A DNA stretch of 28,291 nt from a bacterium (GTDB taxonomy: Bacteria; DUMJ01). The stretch's first letter is position 1; each line of letters begins with the position of its first letter. Made by a program: the position numbers and the translations under genes. Positions 25,895 through 28,291 of the stretch are shown in pieces. The notes under the pieces are model-generated. The model worked only from the letters and a program-made list of their open reading frames with translations, ran no database searches and was not told the origin of the DNA. The stretch is taken from NCBI GenBank assembly GCA_049970495.1, contig JBMFMV010000018.1, positions 1 through 28,291 of the forward strand, given 5' to 3'.

Positions 25895-26863
25895 ATGGCC
25901 GAGTTAAGATGGAATCCTCTGCTTAATGATTGGGTTATGATAGCTTCTCATAGGCAGGAGAGACCTCAGATGCCTAAGGATTGGTGCCCATTCTGTCCTG
26001 GATCAGGTAAAGTTCCAGATAATTATGATGTATTAGCATATGACAATGATTTTCCAGCCCTTATGTTGAACCCTCCAGAACCTGACAATGTAGCTACTGA
26101 GTTCTATAGAGTGGCTCCTGCATATGGAAAGTGTGAGGTAATTCTTTACTCCTCTGATCATTATGCCTCCTTGCCTAGACTTTCTCTCTCTCATATTCGT
26201 AAACTTGTTGACCTTTGGTGTAATAGATTTATAGAGTTGAGTAAATATGAAAAGATAAAGTATATATTTATTTTTGAAAATAGAGGAGAGGTTGTAGGAG
26301 TAACTATCTCACACCCTCATGGACAGATATATGGCTATCCATACGTCCCGTTAAAGATACAGAGGGAATTGGAGAGTTGTAGAAGATACTACGAGGAGAA
26401 AAATGAGTGTCTAATATGTAGAATGAATCAGGAAGAGATTTCTTATAAAAAACGTATGATTATAGAAAATAAGCATTTCTTGACTTACCTTCCATTTTTT
26501 ACAGAATATCCTTATGGGGTCTTTATAGTAAGCAAAGCTCATAAGAGCAGAATAATAGATTTTACAGATGAAGAAAAGAACTCTTTAACAGAAATTTTGA
26601 GAGATACAGTTGGGACTCTAGATAGTCTCTTTGACTATGAATTTCCTTATATGCTCTGTATGCATCAGAGTCCTGTAAATACCGAGTCTTGCGATACATT
26701 TTATCATTTTCATATAGAGTTTTATCCGCCTATGCGTTCTAGGGATAAGCAGAAGTTTAATGCCTCTAGTGAAACTGGAGCTTGGGCTCCATGTAATACT
26801 ACAGCGCCTGAGGAAAAGGCGGAAGAACTAAGGTCTGCATATAGGAGGTTTAAAGGTCTATGA
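25895..26863 (+). CDS. galT: Galactose-1-phosphate uridylyltransferase
   Basis: ELRWNPL, CPFCPG, NDFPAL, FENRG, HPHGQ active site. Confidence 0.96.
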   Translation: MAELRWNPLLNDWVMIASHRQERPQMPKDWCPFCPGSGKVPDNYDVLAYDNDFPALMLNPPEPDNVATEFYRVAPAYGKCEVILYSSDHYASLPRLSLSHIRKLVDLWCNRFIELSKYEKIKYIFIFENRGEVVGVTISHPHGQIYGYPYVPLKIQRELESCRRYYEEKNECLICRMNQEEISYKKRMIIENKHFLTYLPFFTEYPYGVFIVSKAHKSRIIDFTDEEKNSLTEILRDTVGTLDSLFDYEFPYMLCMHQSPVNTESCDTFYHFHIEFYPPMRSRDKQKFNASSETGAWAPCNTTAPEEKAEELRSAYRRFKGL

Positions 26864-28038
26864 CAAGCATAGCTGATCTAAAGAGGAGATTTATAGAACT
26901 ATTCAATGATGAACAGGTAAGATTCTTCTATTCCCCTGGAAGAGTTAATCTTTTAGGAGAACATACTGATTATAATGGTGGATATGTCTTACCGGTAGCT
27001 CTAAACGTTGGCACTACGGTGTGTATAAATAAAAGGAAAGACAATAAGATTTGCTTAACCGCAACCGACTTAGATGAGAAGGTATGTGCTGACATAGAGA
27101 ACCTTGATACCTATAAGAAAATAAAATGGGGTAATTATCAGCTGGGAGTAGCGTATGAATTATTAAGAGCGGGCTATAAAGTTTACGGATGTAATATGCT
27201 TTTTCATGACACAGTTCCACATGGGGCAGGACTTTCATCCTCTGCTGCTATAGAATGTGCAACGGGGATAGCACTCTTAAAGGTCTTTAACCCGGATAGA
27301 GAGATTGATAGGGTAGAGTTAGCCCTCTTAGCCCAGAGGGCGGAGAATCAGTTTGTCGGTGTAAATTGTGGGATAATGGACCAATTTGCTTCAGTTATGG
27401 GTAAAAGAAATAATGCCATATTTTTGAATTGTAAAAACCTTGAGTATCGATATGTTCCTCTTAATTTGGGCGATTATCTTTTAGTAATTACTAATACTAA
27501 TAAGAAAAGAAGCCTTGCAGACTCTAAATATAATGAGAGACGAAGTGAATGTGAAAAAGGGTTAGAGATGCTTAAAAGAGCGTTACCAGATATAACTTGC
27601 CTTGGAGATGTAACGGTAGAGATGTACGAAGCAGTTAAGGGTGTTATAGATGATCCGGTTGTAGAAAAGAGAGTTAGACATGTCATATATGAGGATCATA
27701 GAGTACAGAGAGCTATAGATGTCTTAGATAAAAATGACCTTGCAGAGTTTGGAAAATTGATGATAGCATCCCATGAATCTCTAAGAGACCTCTATGAAGT
27801 AACTGGTAGAGAATTAGATGTACTTTTTGAGGAGGCGTTAAAAGTTGAAGGTGTTTTAGGAACAAGAATGACTGGAGCGGGTTTTGGGGGATGTACTGTA
27901 AGTATAGTCCATAAGTCGGCTGTAGAAGATTTTAAGTCCTTGGTAGGTAGGAATTATACCCAAAGGACAGGTTTAATACCAGATTTCTATGTAGTGGAAA
28001 CTGACAATGGTTCAAGGGAGATAACAGATGACTTCTAA
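26860..28038 (+). CDS. galK: Galactokinase
   Basis: PGRVNLLGEHTDYNGG, PHGAGLSSSAA, CGIMDQ, RMTGAGFGGC; ATGA overlap with galT. Confidence 0.97.
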   Translation: MTSIADLKRRFIELFNDEQVRFFYSPGRVNLLGEHTDYNGGYVLPVALNVGTTVCINKRKDNKICLTATDLDEKVCADIENLDTYKKIKWGNYQLGVAYELLRAGYKVYGCNMLFHDTVPHGAGLSSSAAIECATGIALLKVFNPDREIDRVELALLAQRAENQFVGVNCGIMDQFASVMGKRNNAIFLNCKNLEYRYVPLNLGDYLLVITNTNKKRSLADSKYNERRSECEKGLEMLKRALPDITCLGDVTVEMYEAVKGVIDDPVVEKRVRHVIYEDHRVQRAIDVLDKNDLAEFGKLMIASHESLRDLYEVTGRELDVLFEEALKVEGVLGTRMTGAGFGGCTVSIVHKSAVEDFKSLVGRNYTQRTGLIPDFYVVETDNGSREITDDF

Positions 28039-28090
28039 GGATTTTAAGAATCTATTTAGATACTACTCTTTGCTATGAAAAATTCAGACA

Positions 28091-28119
28091 TTGACAGGAA
28101 TAAGTAGAAATTTTACTAT
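28091..28119 (+). promoter_or_regulatory. Sigma70-type promoter downstream of galK
   Basis: TTGACA (28091-28096), 17 bp, TACTAT (28114-28119). Confidence 0.6.
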
Positions 28120-28219
28120 CTGTACATAGCTTACATTCTACAGACGTAGTGTATGATATAGGGAGATCCTTTTGGTATAATTATACTGTAACAAGTGCTG
28201 TGATTTTGGCATAGTTATC

Positions 28220-28259
28220 GCCTCCTTGTCCTAGAGTTTTAATTCTAGGATAAGGAGGC
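28220..28259 (+). repeat. Long inverted repeat (about 18-bp stem) of unknown role
   Basis: GCCTCCTTGTCCTAGAGT / ATTCTAGGATAAGGAGGC, with two G.U pairs on the plus strand and no U-tract. Confidence 0.8.
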
Positions 28260-28291
28260 AAAGGGGTAAAATCAAGGGGTTAGGCTGTGGG

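Overview
Low-GC, gene-dense bacterial chromosomal segment. The Lys/Glu/Ile-rich proteins suggest a thermophilic anaerobe (inference only). Minus strand, in transcription order: gnd plus a DUF362 Fe-S protein; an orphan family-5 ABC substrate-binding protein, a Gfo/Idh/MocA oxidoreductase and two amidohydrolases; a nine-gene LacI-led sugar-acid/inositol-like catabolic operon; and hisB-H-A-F-IE followed by hppA (truncated at the window edge). Plus strand: a TolB/PD40-repeat lipoprotein, an OsmC protein, a broken TetR gene with intact promoter and operator ahead of MFS-PHP-Eis-like genes, and galT-galK. No CRISPR array, rRNA, tRNA or transposase was recognised. Most notable: (1) the LacI operon joins IolB and an iol-type class I aldolase to an archaeal-type ADP-dependent sugar kinase and a glycerate dehydrogenase/kinase pair, which suggests an undescribed keto-sugar-acid pathway; (2) hisIE has no canonical start codon and lies in the -1 frame just after an in-phase A_AAA_AAG heptamer in hisF; (3) an active/inactive amidohydrolase pair; (4) a TetR pseudogene that should leave its operon derepressed.
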